DNA of 64,000 nucleotides from the NCBI GenBank assembly GCA_963749705.1, contig CAVVNQ010000003.1, forward strand, positions 320,001 through 384,000. Reading direction: 5' to 3'. Source of the DNA: an uncultured Chloroflexia bacterium (lineage in GTDB: Bacteria; Chloroflexota; Limnocylindria; Limnocylindrales; CSP1-4). Below, in pieces: positions 38,920 through 49,065 of this stretch. The translations under genes were made by a program, and so were the position numbers. Numbering within the stretch: the stretch's first letter is position 1; the number at the start of each line of letters is the position of its first letter. Below the pieces are notes generated by a model, which was given only the letters and a program-made list of their open reading frames with translations, ran no database searches and was not told the DNA's origin.

Positions 38920-39615
38920 GTGGATACGCCCGAAACGCCGGCCGAACGAGGCCTGTTCATCACCCTCGAGGGTCCGGACGGATCGGGGAAGTCCAGCCTC
39001 ATGCCGCGGCTCGCGAGGGTGCTCCGTGCGGGCGGCTGCGAGGTCGTCACCACCCGCGAGCCGGGGTCGACGCCGCTGGGCGAGCAGATCCGGCGGCTGG
39101 TGCTCGATACCGAGCCGCGGATCGATCGCACGGGCCTTGCGGATGCGCTCCTGTTCGCCGCCGCGCGAGCACAGCACGTGACCGAGGTGATCGGCCCGGC
39201 GCTCGAACGGGGCGCGGTCGTGGTGTGCGATCGGTACGCCGACTCCTCGCTGGCGTACCAGGGACGCGGGTCGGGGGTCCCGATGGCCGAGCTCGCGGCG
39301 GTGCAGCGGCTCGCGACCGGAGGCCTGGTGCCCGATCTCACGATCCTGCTCGACATTCCGGTCGAGGTCGGCCTGGGCCGCAAGGCGGTCGAGATGACCC
39401 GCTTCGAGGCGTTCCAGGACCTCGAGTATCACGAGCGCGTGCGAGCGGCGTTTCTCGGGTTCGCGGCCGCTGAGCCCGGGCGCTATGCGATCGTCGATGC
39501 GACCGGCGACGAGGCCGCGGTGCTGGCCGGAGCCGTGGCGGCCGTCGGCAGGGTTGCCGACCGCCTTCCATGTCTGGCGGTCGCCGTACGCAGCGTCGAG
39601 ACGGAGCGCGGCTGA
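38920..39615 (+). CDS. tmk: Thymidylate kinase
   Basis: FITLEGPDGSGKS, TREPG and CDRYADSSLAYQG motifs; TACACT 7 nt before GTG at 38920. Confidence 0.95.
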   Translation: MDTPETPAERGLFITLEGPDGSGKSSLMPRLARVLRAGGCEVVTTREPGSTPLGEQIRRLVLDTEPRIDRTGLADALLFAAARAQHVTEVIGPALERGAVVVCDRYADSSLAYQGRGSGVPMAELAAVQRLATGGLVPDLTILLDIPVEVGLGRKAVEMTRFEAFQDLEYHERVRAAFLGFAAAEPGRYAIVDATGDEAAVLAGAVAAVGRVADRLPCLAVAVRSVETERG

Positions 39616-39671
39616 CAGCTTCCTGAGCCGCCGTTCGCGGCGCGCGGGATGCGCAGCGTTGCGCCCGCCGG

Positions 39672-40694
39672 CTACGAGCCGACGCTGCCGGCCGCCTCCG
39701 AGATCGACGCCGTGCCGGCGGCGCTCGCGAGCGCCGCACGGGCGGCACCGATCAGCGCCTCGGCATCGCCGCCATCCTGGGGGAACCTGGCGACGCCGGC
39801 CGATACCGTCACGGGGAGGTCCTCCACGGTCTCCAGCGAGGCGATCCCGTCGAGCACCCGGTGCGCGACGGTGACCCCGGCCGAGCCCGGCGCCACGAGC
39901 ACGAACTCGTCACCACCCGTGCGGGCGATGGTGTCGACCAGCCGGACGTTCGAGGCCAGCACGGCCGCAACCTGGCGCAGGACCTGGTCACCGGCGCGCG
40001 ACCCCGCCGACGTGTTGAGCGCCGTGAACCCGTCGACGTCGAACACCGCCACCGAGACCTCGCTGCCCTGGCGCTGGGCGCGCGCCACCTCGAGCTCCAG
40101 GATGCGGGTCAGCGTCCGGGCGTTGGACAGCCCGGTCAGGGCGTCCGTGTGCGCGACCCGCTCGAACCACTCGGCGCGTTCGGCTGCGAGCGAGGCCGTC
40201 CGGAACGCCGAGATCGCCGACGCGGCGAGGTCCGCGATCGCGACCAGGAGCGTCTCCTCGGACGCCCCGACCTCATGGGACCCGGGCCAGCCGAAGGTGA
40301 GCACGCCCACCCCGTCCTCGACGCCCCCGGTTGCGACGACCAGCGGCAGGTCGACGAACGTCATGGTGTCGCCGCCAGCCATCTCGCCCGTCCGCCCGAG
40401 CGAACCGGTCCGGTCGACCGCCGCCCGACGGATCGGATGCCCGGGATTGCCCGACACCTCCGCGGCAAAGCCGTCGGCGCGATCCTCCGGCATGCCCAGC
40501 GTCAGCAGCAGCTCGAGACCAGCGCCGTCGGTGTCCAGTGTGAACACCGCGGCGGTTGCCGCATGCACGGCAGCCGAACCGGCTTCCGCGATGACCGACA
40601 GCGCAGTGTCCAGGTCCTCGGCGCGAGCGAGCGCCGCGGCGCCAGCAGACAGAACGGTGAGCGGGCCGTCGCCGGCGCCGATGGAGTCCGACAC
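39672..40694 (-). CDS. GAF + GGDEF domain protein
   Basis: DALTGLSN, RLVD I-site and RTGGDEF motifs; start uncertain. Confidence 0.82.
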   Translation of the reverse strand: MSDSIGAGDGPLTVLSAGAAALARAEDLDTALSVIAEAGSAAVHAATAAVFTLDTDGAGLELLLTLGMPEDRADGFAAEVSGNPGHPIRRAAVDRTGSLGRTGEMAGGDTMTFVDLPLVVATGGVEDGVGVLTFGWPGSHEVGASEETLLVAIADLAASAISAFRTASLAAERAEWFERVAHTDALTGLSNARTLTRILELEVARAQRQGSEVSVAVFDVDGFTALNTSAGSRAGDQVLRQVAAVLASNVRLVDTIARTGGDEFVLVAPGSAGVTVAHRVLDGIASLETVEDLPVTVSAGVARFPQDGGDAEALIGAARAALASAAGTASISEAAGSVGS

Positions 40695-40826
40695 GTGTGC
40701 CTCCGCGTGCTGCCGGATCGGGGCGGGCTCCCGGGTCGCTGGGCGGCGCCCTCGCGCCCGATCGAGGCGAGTCGGCATCGTACACCGTCGATCGGGCCCG
40801 GGACCCGTTCCGGGTGCGCGCGAGCG

Positions 40827-40920
40827 CGCCGAGCGCGAGACTGCGACCCCGAGCCGCGCCACCGCGGCGCCGAGCGTGCGCGACTGGGAACCCCGAGCCT
40901 GCGCGACCACGCCGAGCGTC
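40827..40920. repeat. Imperfect ~42-bp direct repeat (2 and a partial copy)
   Basis: CGCCGAGCG..GACTG.GA.CCCCGAGCC at 40827 and 40868, with a partial copy at 40910. Confidence 0.45.
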
Positions 40921-40974
40921 GGGCGAACCGTCGCGGCCTGATCGCGCGTCTCCGGGTGGGCTATCCTCGCGTCG

Positions 40975-41304
40975 ATGAAGCTCGTCGTCGCCATCGTCCA
41001 CAACGAAGATGCCGGCGCCCTCGTGGACGCCCTCCTCGAGCGCGAGTACCGCGCGACGCGGCTTCACTCGTCCGGCGGCTTCCTCAAGCAGTCAAACGCG
41101 ACGGTCATGGTGGGCGTCGAGGAGCCGCAGGTCGAGGAGGTGCTCGCGATCGTGCGCGAGAGCTGCCACGCGCGGACGCAGATCGTGAACCCGATGCCAC
41201 CGATCATGGAGCCCGGCGAGTTCTTCATGCCCTACCCGCTGGAGGTGGAGGTCGGCGGCGCCACGGTGTTCGTGCTTCCCGTGGAGCGCTTCGAGCGCCT
41301 GTGA
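40975..41304 (+). CDS. darA: Cyclic-di-AMP receptor, PII-like (DarA/PstA/YaaQ)
   Basis: MKLVVAIVHNEDA, RATRLHSSGGFLKQSNAT and VEVGGATVFVLPVERF motifs. Confidence 0.9.
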   Translation: MKLVVAIVHNEDAGALVDALLEREYRATRLHSSGGFLKQSNATVMVGVEEPQVEEVLAIVRESCHARTQIVNPMPPIMEPGEFFMPYPLEVEVGGATVFVLPVERFERL

Positions 41305-42233
41305 ACCGGGTGTTCCGCAGGCTCCTGCTGTGGTTCGCGCGCAACGCCTGGATGCGCGAGCGGCTGCCCAGGCTCCCGTTCATGCGCCGCGCGGTCGCAC
41401 GGTTCATGCCCGGCGAGGACATCGACGACGCGCTCGGCGCGGCGTTCGAGCTCCACGTGCTGGGCATCGGGACGCTGTACACGAAGCTGGGCGAGAACCT
41501 GACCGAGATCGAGCAGGCGCAGGGCGTCGCAGATCACTATCGGGAGCTGCTGGGCCGGATCAAGGCCGCCGAGATCGACGGCGAGATCAGCGTCAAGCCC
41601 ACGCAGCTGGGCCTGGATATCGACGAGGACGTCTGCTTCGGGCACCTGCGCGTGCTCGCGGGCGCGGCCGAGGCGCAGGGTTCCTACCTGTGGATCGACA
41701 TGGAGGACAGCAGCTACGTCGACCGGACCATCGACCTCTACCAGCGACTCCGGGCGTCGCATCCGCGAACGGGGATCTGCCTCCAGGCGTACCTCCGGCG
41801 CACCGCCCGGGACGTGGAGCGGCTGCTGCCGCTGAACCCGGCGATCCGCCTGGTCAAGGGGGCCTACGACGAGCCGCGTGACGTCGCCTTCCGCTCGAAG
41901 CGCGAGGTCGACGCCAACTACCTGGCGGTCGCCGTGACCCTGCTCCGCGAGAGCCGGACCCGCGACATCCGGCTGGGCCTCGGCACGCACGACGTTGCCC
42001 TGGTGGAGCAGATCGCCGGCCATGCGGCGGCCGCGGGGGTCCAGAAGGACGGGTTCGAGGTCCAGATGCTGTACGGCATCCGCGCGAAGGAGCAGCGCCG
42101 GCTCGCACGCGCCGGGTTCCGGGTGCAGACGCTGATCGCGTACGGGACCGCGTGGTACCCGTGGTACATGCGCCGGCTCGCCGAGCGGCCGGCGAACGTG
42201 CTGTTCGCGCTGCGCCAGCTGTTGCCGGGCTGA
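41301..42233 (+). CDS. Monofunctional proline dehydrogenase
   Basis: ARFMPGE, SVKPTQLG, IDMEDS, QAYLRRT, RLVKGAY, THD and WYPWYMRRLAERPAN motifs. Confidence 0.93.
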   Translation: MNRVFRRLLLWFARNAWMRERLPRLPFMRRAVARFMPGEDIDDALGAAFELHVLGIGTLYTKLGENLTEIEQAQGVADHYRELLGRIKAAEIDGEISVKPTQLGLDIDEDVCFGHLRVLAGAAEAQGSYLWIDMEDSSYVDRTIDLYQRLRASHPRTGICLQAYLRRTARDVERLLPLNPAIRLVKGAYDEPRDVAFRSKREVDANYLAVAVTLLRESRTRDIRLGLGTHDVALVEQIAGHAAAAGVQKDGFEVQMLYGIRAKEQRRLARAGFRVQTLIAYGTAWYPWYMRRLAERPANVLFALRQLLPG

Positions 42234-42269
42234 GGCCGGCCACCCGCCGGCGCCCGGACCCGCAGCCCG

Positions 42270-42854
42270 ATGTCCGCCCGGATCGACGCGCTCGAGGTCG
42301 CCGCCCCGGACGTCGTGCGCGCCTGGCGGGGCATCGACGAGGGCGCCTTCATCTCCGTCCGTCGCATGGTCCGGCGCGGCGCCGGACCCGGCAGCGCGGC
42401 CGGGATCAGCGCGCAGCTGGCGGCCGTTGCCGCGGGCCTGTCCTCGATGGTCGAGGCGCTGCCCGATGCGGCGTTCACGATGCCCGGCGGCGAGGGCGAC
42501 TGGAACGTGGCCCAGACGCTGGGGCACGCGGCCGACTCGCGGGCAGGTCTCGCGCTCGCCGCCTCGCTGGCCGCGCGCGGGCGGTGGCCGTCCGACGCAC
42601 CCTCGGTCATACCGGGGATCCCGGGTCCCGTCGACGCAACGCGCGAGCAGCTGCTCCGCAGGATCGCGACCAGCCAGCGGATCGTGGAGCGGGCGGTGCG
42701 CGCCGTCGATGGCCACGAGATCGAGCCCTGCGCGCTGGATCACCCGCTGGTTGGCCGTCTGCGCTGCGGCGAGTGGCTGCTGTTCTCGGGCGTCCACGAT
42801 CTCATGCACCTCGAGCAGCTGGAGCGGCTCGAGCTCCGGCTGGCCGCCCGATGA
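42270..42854 (+). CDS. DinB-like protein
   Basis: WNVAQTLGH, HPLVG and HDLMHLEQL metal-binding histidines. Confidence 0.7.
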   Translation: MSARIDALEVAAPDVVRAWRGIDEGAFISVRRMVRRGAGPGSAAGISAQLAAVAAGLSSMVEALPDAAFTMPGGEGDWNVAQTLGHAADSRAGLALAASLAARGRWPSDAPSVIPGIPGPVDATREQLLRRIATSQRIVERAVRAVDGHEIEPCALDHPLVGRLRCGEWLLFSGVHDLMHLEQLERLELRLAAR

Positions 42855-43339
42855 GCCTGCGTCCGGACTTCGTCGACTGCTGGATGTTCCGGGTGCGGGA
42901 TGCCGGCGCGGAGGTCCTGCTCATTCGGCGCTCGCCCGGCCGGATCCTGGCCGGCCTGTGGCAGTGCGTCTCGGGCAAGCTCGAGCCGGGGGAGCGGATC
43001 GCGGCCGGCGCGCTCCGCGAGCTGGCGGAGGAGACGGGCTTCGGACCGGCTGCCATCGAGGCGTTCTATGACCTCGACCTGGTCAACCAGTTCCACGAGC
43101 CGTCGGTCGATGCCGTCGTGATGGCCGCCGTGTTCGCGGTCCGCGTGCGACCCGAGTTCGAGCCGGTCCTGTCGCACGAGCACGATGGCGCCCGCTGGCT
43201 GCCGCTCGAGGCGGCGCACCGGGAGGTCGTGTGGCCGGCCTACCGGACCGCGATCGAGCGGATTCGCGACGACGTGCTCGACCCTGCGCGCGCGCCGTGG
43301 TTCGAGCTGGACGGCAACGGCGCGCGCGTCATCGGCTGA
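42851..43339 (+). CDS. NUDIX hydrolase (NudB-like)
   Basis: WQCVSGKLEPGE...ALRELAEETG and LSHEH motifs. Confidence 0.88.
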   Translation: MSLRPDFVDCWMFRVRDAGAEVLLIRRSPGRILAGLWQCVSGKLEPGERIAAGALRELAEETGFGPAAIEAFYDLDLVNQFHEPSVDAVVMAAVFAVRVRPEFEPVLSHEHDGARWLPLEAAHREVVWPAYRTAIERIRDDVLDPARAPWFELDGNGARVIG

Positions 43340-43386
43340 ACGTTGCCGCTGCGCGCGATCCACTCCGGCTGCTTGCCCGGCGGAAG

Positions 43387-44262
43387 TCAGTAGCGTTCCG
43401 GGACGAAGGTCTGCTCGTCCATCGGTGGCCTGACGTAGCCTCGATCGGGCTCGCGCGGCGGCAGGACGATCGGCTCCGGCGTGAGGTCCTCGTACGGGAT
43501 CAGCGACAGGAGGTGGCTGATCACGTTGAGCCGCGCGCGCTTCTTGTCGTCGCCGTTGACCACGTACCAGGGCGCCTGCTTGATGTCCGTGTGGCGGAAC
43601 ATCTCGTCCTTGGCGACCGAGTACTCGACCCAGCGAGTCCGCGACATCAGGTCCATCGGGCTCAACTTCCAGCGCTTGGTCGGGTCGTCGATGCGGCCCT
43701 GGAACCGCTTCTCCTGCTCGGCGTCGCTGACCGAGAACCAGTACTTGATCAGGATGATCCCCGACCGAACGAGCATCCGCTCGAACTCCGGACAGGATCG
43801 ATAGAACTCCTCGATCTCGGCCGCCGTCGCGAAGCCCATCACCCGCTCGACACCGGCGCGGTTGTACCAGCTGCGGTCGAACAGCACGATCTCCCCGGCC
43901 GCGGGCAGGTGGGGGACGTAGCGCTGGAAATACCACTGCGAGCGCTCCCGCTCGGTGGGCGCCGGCAGCGCGACGACCCGGGCCACGCGCGGATTGAGCG
44001 CCAGTGTCAACGTCTTGATCGCGCCGCCCTTGCCGGCAGCGTCACGTCCCTCGAAGATCACGACCACCTTGAGGCCGCGCGCCTTGACCCATTCCTGGAG
44101 CTTCGCCAGCTCGACCTGGAGCTTGGCCAGCTCCGCGAGGTAGACACGGGCCGGCAGCTTGGGGGTCTTCCGCCGACCATCGCCGGCCGTGTCCTGATCG
44201 CCGGGGATGTTCGATTCCCGCGGCTTGCCGGTCGCGGCCGGCCTGGCCTTGCCCTTCGCCAT
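43387..44262 (-). CDS. ppk2: Polyphosphate kinase 2
   Basis: FEGRDAAGKGG, FDRSWYNRAGVERVMG and WKLSPMD motifs. Confidence 0.96.
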   Translation of the reverse strand: MAKGKARPAATGKPRESNIPGDQDTAGDGRRKTPKLPARVYLAELAKLQVELAKLQEWVKARGLKVVVIFEGRDAAGKGGAIKTLTLALNPRVARVVALPAPTERERSQWYFQRYVPHLPAAGEIVLFDRSWYNRAGVERVMGFATAAEIEEFYRSCPEFERMLVRSGIILIKYWFSVSDAEQEKRFQGRIDDPTKRWKLSPMDLMSRTRWVEYSVAKDEMFRHTDIKQAPWYVVNGDDKKRARLNVISHLLSLIPYEDLTPEPIVLPPREPDRGYVRPPMDEQTFVPERY

Positions 44263-44379
44263 CGCGCTCGCCCTTTCGTCGATCCGCCGTGGGTTCTCCC
44301 CGGATTATGGCCCTGCCCGTCGAACGCTAGACTCTGGGCAGGCGATGGAGGCGGCCCGATTGCTCGAGAGGACGGCGGA

Positions 44380-45546
44380 ATGACCGAGACGTTGGCGAAC
44401 CGGCGGGTCTTCCGCTCAAAGGTCGATGCGATCCGACCCACCTACGGGTTCGACGATGTCTCGCTGGCCCCAGGCACCGACACGGTCGACCCTGCCGACG
44501 TGGTCCTGGCGCAGGAGTTCTGCGGCCTGCCGCTCGAGATCCCGGTCCTGGCCGCCGCCATGGACGCGGTCGTCGACGTCGCCCTGTCCGCCGAGATGGC
44601 CCGGCTGGGTGGTCTGGCCGTGCTCAACCTCGAGGGCGTGCAGACCCGCTACGACGACCCGTCGACGGTGCTCGACCGGATCGTCGATGCGCCCGACGAC
44701 CGCATCCAGGACCTGCTCGCCGAGGCCTACGCGGCGCCGATCCGCGAGGAGCTCATCGCTCGGCGGATCGACGAGCTGCACGCGGCCGGGTCCAAGGCCG
44801 CGGTGTCCGCGACCCCCGGCGTCGCGCGCCGGTTCGGGCCGTTCTGCGCCGAGCACGGCGCCGACCTGTTCCTCGTCCAGTCGCAGGTCTCGTCGGCACG
44901 CCACCTGGCGACCGGCTACGAGCCCCTCGCGCTGGACGACTTCACGCGGTTCATGCCGATCCCGGTCGCCGTGGGCAACACCACCAACGCCGACGCCGCG
45001 TACCAGCTGATGGAGCAGGGTGCGGCAGCCATCTTCGTGGGCGTCGGGCCCGGCGCAGCGTGCACGACGCGCGAGGTGCTGGGGATCGGGATCCCGCAGG
45101 TGAGCGCGATCGCGGACGTGGCGGCGGCGCGAGACCTGTTCCACGCGGAAACCGCGCGCTACGTTCCGGTGGTCGCGGATGGCGGGATGAAACGGGGTGG
45201 TGACGTCGCCAAGGCGCTGGCTGCAGGCGCCGATGTCGTGATGCTCGGCTCGCCGCTCGCACGCGCATCGGAGGCACCGGGCCGAGGCACGAACTGGGGG
45301 ATGGCGGCCCCGTCGCCGGTCCTGCCGCGCGGCACCAGGATCCGGGTGGGAACGGTCGGACCGCTGGACCAGATCCTCAACGGCCCGTCGCACGTGACCG
45401 ACGGCACGCAGAACCTGATGGGTGCGCTCCGGCAGTCGATGGCCGCACTGGGAGCGCGCACGATCGCCGACATGCACGAGGTCGAGATCGTGTACGCGCC
45501 GTCGGTCGCCACCGAGGGCAAGTCCTGGCAGTTGCGCGGGAGGTAG
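44380..45546 (+). CDS. GuaB3-family IMP dehydrogenase-related protein
   Basis: YGFDDVSLAP, GGLAVLNLEG, GVGPGAACTTR and WGMA motifs; no CBS domains. Confidence 0.9.
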   Translation: MTETLANRRVFRSKVDAIRPTYGFDDVSLAPGTDTVDPADVVLAQEFCGLPLEIPVLAAAMDAVVDVALSAEMARLGGLAVLNLEGVQTRYDDPSTVLDRIVDAPDDRIQDLLAEAYAAPIREELIARRIDELHAAGSKAAVSATPGVARRFGPFCAEHGADLFLVQSQVSSARHLATGYEPLALDDFTRFMPIPVAVGNTTNADAAYQLMEQGAAAIFVGVGPGAACTTREVLGIGIPQVSAIADVAAARDLFHAETARYVPVVADGGMKRGGDVAKALAAGADVVMLGSPLARASEAPGRGTNWGMAAPSPVLPRGTRIRVGTVGPLDQILNGPSHVTDGTQNLMGALRQSMAALGARTIADMHEVEIVYAPSVATEGKSWQLRGR

Positions 45547-45577
45547 CGGCGCGGCCGTCGACGCGCCCGGCGTCGGC

Positions 45578-46027
45578 CTACGCGCGGTGCGGACCCGTGG
45601 CCGTGCGCGCGTCCTCGCCCAGGATCCCGCGCTCGGTCAGCGCGGCCGCAAATCCCTCGAGATCTTCCGCGCCGACGTAGACCGCCGGGACGCGGAGGAA
45701 GGACCACCGGACCGGCGTCCGGAAGTCGAGACGCACGCCGCCACGCGGGCTGCCGGCGAACGTGACGTCGCCGTGGCGGATGCTCAACCGCACGCCGATG
45801 GCCGTGATCCAGCGCCACGGACCCTCGATCCGCCAGTGGCTGATGTTGGTCATCTCAGCCCGCAGCTCGAACCGGCCGAACCGGACGACGACGTTGTCCT
45901 CGCCGACCCAGGCCCAGGCTCGCGCGGGCGTCGCGCCGAACACGATCCGCAGCAGCCCCGCCGACCGGTCGCCGATCCGGATCGGGTAGCGCTTGTGCTC
46001 CGATGCGCCAGCCACATCGATCGTCAT
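45578..46027 (-). CDS. Hypothetical protein (PH-like)
   Basis: Preceded by AAGGGG; beta-rich, with VRFGRF and [16 protein letters not shown]. Confidence 0.6.
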   Translation of the reverse strand: MTIDVAGASEHKRYPIRIGDRSAGLLRIVFGATPARAWAWVGEDNVVVRFGRFELRAEMTNISHWRIEGPWRWITAIGVRLSIRHGDVTFAGSPRGGVRLDFRTPVRWSFLRVPAVYVGAEDLEGFAAALTERGILGEDARTATGPHRA

Positions 46028-46157
46028 GGACGGCAACCCCTTTCCTGGTGGTGACGTCGGTCGCGTGAGGTCGATCCGCTGCGGCGGGCGTGGCCCTCGC
46101 GCGCCACCGGCCGGTAGACTCTGCGCACACCATCGCACGTTGACGCGGGAGGGGTCA

Positions 46158-47924
46158 TTGGCCGAGCCGGAGGAGTCATCGCAGCCCGTCGACGAGGATG
46201 CCGGGCGGCGCGGCAAGACGGTCCATGGGGAGCCCGCGAATGCCGGCCACCGGGTGCTCGCGCCGGATGACGCCGAGTTCGAGGCGTACCTGGAGGTCGC
46301 GCTCGACGCCCCCGCCCCGGCCCGCACGCCGGAGGATCGCCCACCACCCACGGCCATCCCCGAGCCGGGCAGCGTGGCCGTCCTCGACTTCGGCAGCCAG
46401 TTCGCCCAGCTGATCGCGCGGCGGGTCCGCGAGCTCCACGTCTACTCGGAGCTGCTGCCCCACGACACCCCCATCGCCGAGCTCGAGCGGCGCGGCGTTC
46501 GCGCGATCATCCTGTCCGGTGGCCCGAACTCGGTCTATGACGACGCGGCGCCGAAGGCGCATGCCTCGATCTGGAGCGGGCGGATCCCCGTCCTCGGCAT
46601 CTGCTACGGCGCCCAGCTGATGGCGCTCGAGCTGGGTGGCGACGTGCTGCCGGCGTCCCGCCGCGAGTACGGGCCGGCGACGGTGCAGCTCACCCGGGAC
46701 GACGGGCTGTTCGACGGCATCGAGCGCGAGCAGGCGGTCTGGATGAGCCACGGCGATTCGATCACCCGGCTGCCCGAAGGGTTCCACGCCACGGCGCAGA
46801 CCGATTCGACGCCCTACGCGGGCCTCGCGGCGCCGGATCGGAACCTGTACGGCATCCAGTTCCACCCGGAGGTCGTCCATACCCCCCGGGGACGCGACGT
46901 CCTGCGCAACTTCGTCACCGGGATCGCCGGCGTCGAGCCGAGCTGGACGCCGGCCAACTTCGCGGACACGACGATCGCCGCGATCCGCGATCGGGTCGAC
47001 CGCCACGCGAGCGAGACCGGCTCCCAGGGCCAGGTCATCTGCGCCCTGTCAGGCGGTGTCGATTCCGCGGTGGCGGCCGCGCTCGTCCATCGGGCGGTCG
47101 GCGACCGGCTGACGTGCATCTACGTCGACCACGGCCTGATGCGCAAGAAGGAGTCGGAGCTCCTGCGGGTGACGTTCGAGGCGAACCTCGGCATGCGCCT
47201 GGTCATGGTCGATGCCCGCGAGCGGTTCCTCGCCCGCCTGGCGGGTGTCACGGATCCGGAGCAGAAGCGACGGATCATCGGCAGCGAGTTCATCCGCGTG
47301 TTCGAGGAGGAGGCCGCCAAGCTGGGTCGGATCGACTTCCTCACCCAGGGCACGCTGTACCCGGACGTGATCGAGTCCACGACCCCCGAGACGAAGACCG
47401 CGCAGAAGATCAAGACCCACCATAACGTCGGCGGCCTGCCGGCCGACCTTCGGTTCCAGCTCATCGAGCCGCTCCGGTACCTGTTCAAGGACGAGGTGCG
47501 GCTGGTGGGCCTCGAGCTCGGCCTGCCGGACGCGATGGTCCATCGCCAGCCGTTCCCGGGCCCCGGCCTCGCGATCCGGATCATCGGAGAGGTCACCGCC
47601 GAACGGCTGGACACGCTGCGGGACGCCGACTGGATCGTGATCGACGAGATCAAGGCAGCGGGGCTGTATCGCAACGTGTGGCAGTCGTTCGCGATCCTGA
47701 CGCCGGTCCGATCGGTCGGCGTCATGGGCGACGGACGGACGTACGCGAACGTCGTCGCGATCCGCGCCGTCACCTCGGAGGACGGCATGACGGCCGACTG
47801 GGCCAAGCTGCCCTACGACGTGCTGGGCAGGATCTCGTCCCGGATCGTCAACGAGGTCCCGGGCGTCAACCGTGTCGTGTACGACATCAGCAGCAAGCCC
47901 CCGGCCACGATCGAGTGGGAGTAA
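46158..47924 (+). CDS. guaA: GMP synthase (glutamine-hydrolysing)
   Basis: [32 protein letters not shown] and KPPATIEWE motifs; TTG start after GGGAGG (start uncertain). Confidence 0.97.
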   Translation: MAEPEESSQPVDEDAGRRGKTVHGEPANAGHRVLAPDDAEFEAYLEVALDAPAPARTPEDRPPPTAIPEPGSVAVLDFGSQFAQLIARRVRELHVYSELLPHDTPIAELERRGVRAIILSGGPNSVYDDAAPKAHASIWSGRIPVLGICYGAQLMALELGGDVLPASRREYGPATVQLTRDDGLFDGIEREQAVWMSHGDSITRLPEGFHATAQTDSTPYAGLAAPDRNLYGIQFHPEVVHTPRGRDVLRNFVTGIAGVEPSWTPANFADTTIAAIRDRVDRHASETGSQGQVICALSGGVDSAVAAALVHRAVGDRLTCIYVDHGLMRKKESELLRVTFEANLGMRLVMVDARERFLARLAGVTDPEQKRRIIGSEFIRVFEEEAAKLGRIDFLTQGTLYPDVIESTTPETKTAQKIKTHHNVGGLPADLRFQLIEPLRYLFKDEVRLVGLELGLPDAMVHRQPFPGPGLAIRIIGEVTAERLDTLRDADWIVIDEIKAAGLYRNVWQSFAILTPVRSVGVMGDGRTYANVVAIRAVTSEDGMTADWAKLPYDVLGRISSRIVNEVPGVNRVVYDISSKPPATIEWE

Positions 47925-47978
47925 TGGATAGCCTGAACGGGGGATATCGGGACTTCCCCGGTGGGCTACAGTGCGCAC

Positions 47979-48500
47979 ATGGCCGATCAGACGAGCGGTC
48001 CGGTCACCACATGCCAGTGGTGCTCGGCCAAGCTTCCCGCCCCTGACGTCGAGCACTGCCCCTCCTGTGGAGCGGCGCTCACCAGCGCGACGGGAACCGA
48101 GCCCGAGCTTCCCGGTGTGACCGCGCTCGATCCGCAGGCCATCATCGGAGCCCGCTCCGGATCTTCTCGACCACGGAACCGGATCCTGTCGTTCCTCAGC
48201 GGCGACATGGCGCCCGATGAGGGCCGTCCACTGGACCCGTCGTCGGTTGCGCCGCCGTCGGACGCGGTGCGGCGCGAGATGCTCCGCCTCCAGATCGACG
48301 CGGAGCGGGCAGACCTCGAGGCCGAGGCCATCGCGCTCAAGTCGGATGCGCTCGCCCATCGCGGCATTCCGCTCGCGGAGCTCAACGCCCTCGATGCCGC
48401 GGCGCGAGCCGACGCGGACGTGATGGTGCCGGACGCCGGCGCCGACAAGATCGAGGTGCCCGCGGCACCACCCGCGCCGGGAGACACGCCCGGCGCCTGA
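47979..48500 (+). CDS. Zinc-ribbon hypothetical protein
   Basis: CQWC...CPSCG; TACAGT -10 6 nt upstream. Confidence 0.7.
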   Translation: MADQTSGPVTTCQWCSAKLPAPDVEHCPSCGAALTSATGTEPELPGVTALDPQAIIGARSGSSRPRNRILSFLSGDMAPDEGRPLDPSSVAPPSDAVRREMLRLQIDAERADLEAEAIALKSDALAHRGIPLAELNALDAAARADADVMVPDAGADKIEVPAAPPAPGDTPGA

Positions 48501-48528
48501 CAGGGGCGCGCCGGGTATCCTCGGCCGC

Positions 48529-48987
48529 GTGCCAGATCGACTGCCGCATCCGGGTCCGTCGTTCCTGCGCGAGCAGGTCGTGCGCGTCGGCGAGCGACGC
48601 CTCCAGGCCGGGATGGCCAAGCCGGTCGACGGCCCCGACGACTGGTGGCTCGCCGTGCTGTGGGTTGCCGATGACGAAGGCGTCGTGAGCTTCCGTGAGG
48701 TCGGCCCTGTCGCGGGTCCGCCACCCGAACCGCCCCTGCTGCGCCTCGGGCCACTGTTCGCCGGGGCACTGTCGGGGATGATCCGCGAGGAGGACGGACG
48801 GCTCGCCATCAAGCTCGCGCCTCTCGTGCCACCTGACGACGACGCCCGACCATGGCGAGCACCGCTGGCCATCCGGGCCGCTGTTCGCTGGGAGCCCGCG
48901 TTGCTGGTCACGCTCCCGCCCAACCAGCTCGCCGAGCAGGTCCTGGCCGGCTTCCGGCGATCGGTCGAGTCGCTGTCCCGCCCCTGA
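48529..48987 (+). CDS. Hypothetical protein
   Basis: GTG with TATCCT 7 nt upstream; same orientation as its neighbours. Confidence 0.65.
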   Translation: MPDRLPHPGPSFLREQVVRVGERRLQAGMAKPVDGPDDWWLAVLWVADDEGVVSFREVGPVAGPPPEPPLLRLGPLFAGALSGMIREEDGRLAIKLAPLVPPDDDARPWRAPLAIRAAVRWEPALLVTLPPNQLAEQVLAGFRRSVESLSRP

Positions 48988-49065
48988 TCGACGGGCGGCG
49001 CCGGCCGGCGCGACGATGACTCGCCCGTTCGCCGGGAACGCCCGAGTCACATAGACTCATCCGGG

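Noticed and set aside
46028-46157. Purine riboswitch before guaA (and a c-di-AMP riboswitch before darA or the last gene)
   Set aside because: I could not find the consensus motifs by eye; an Rfam scan would settle it.
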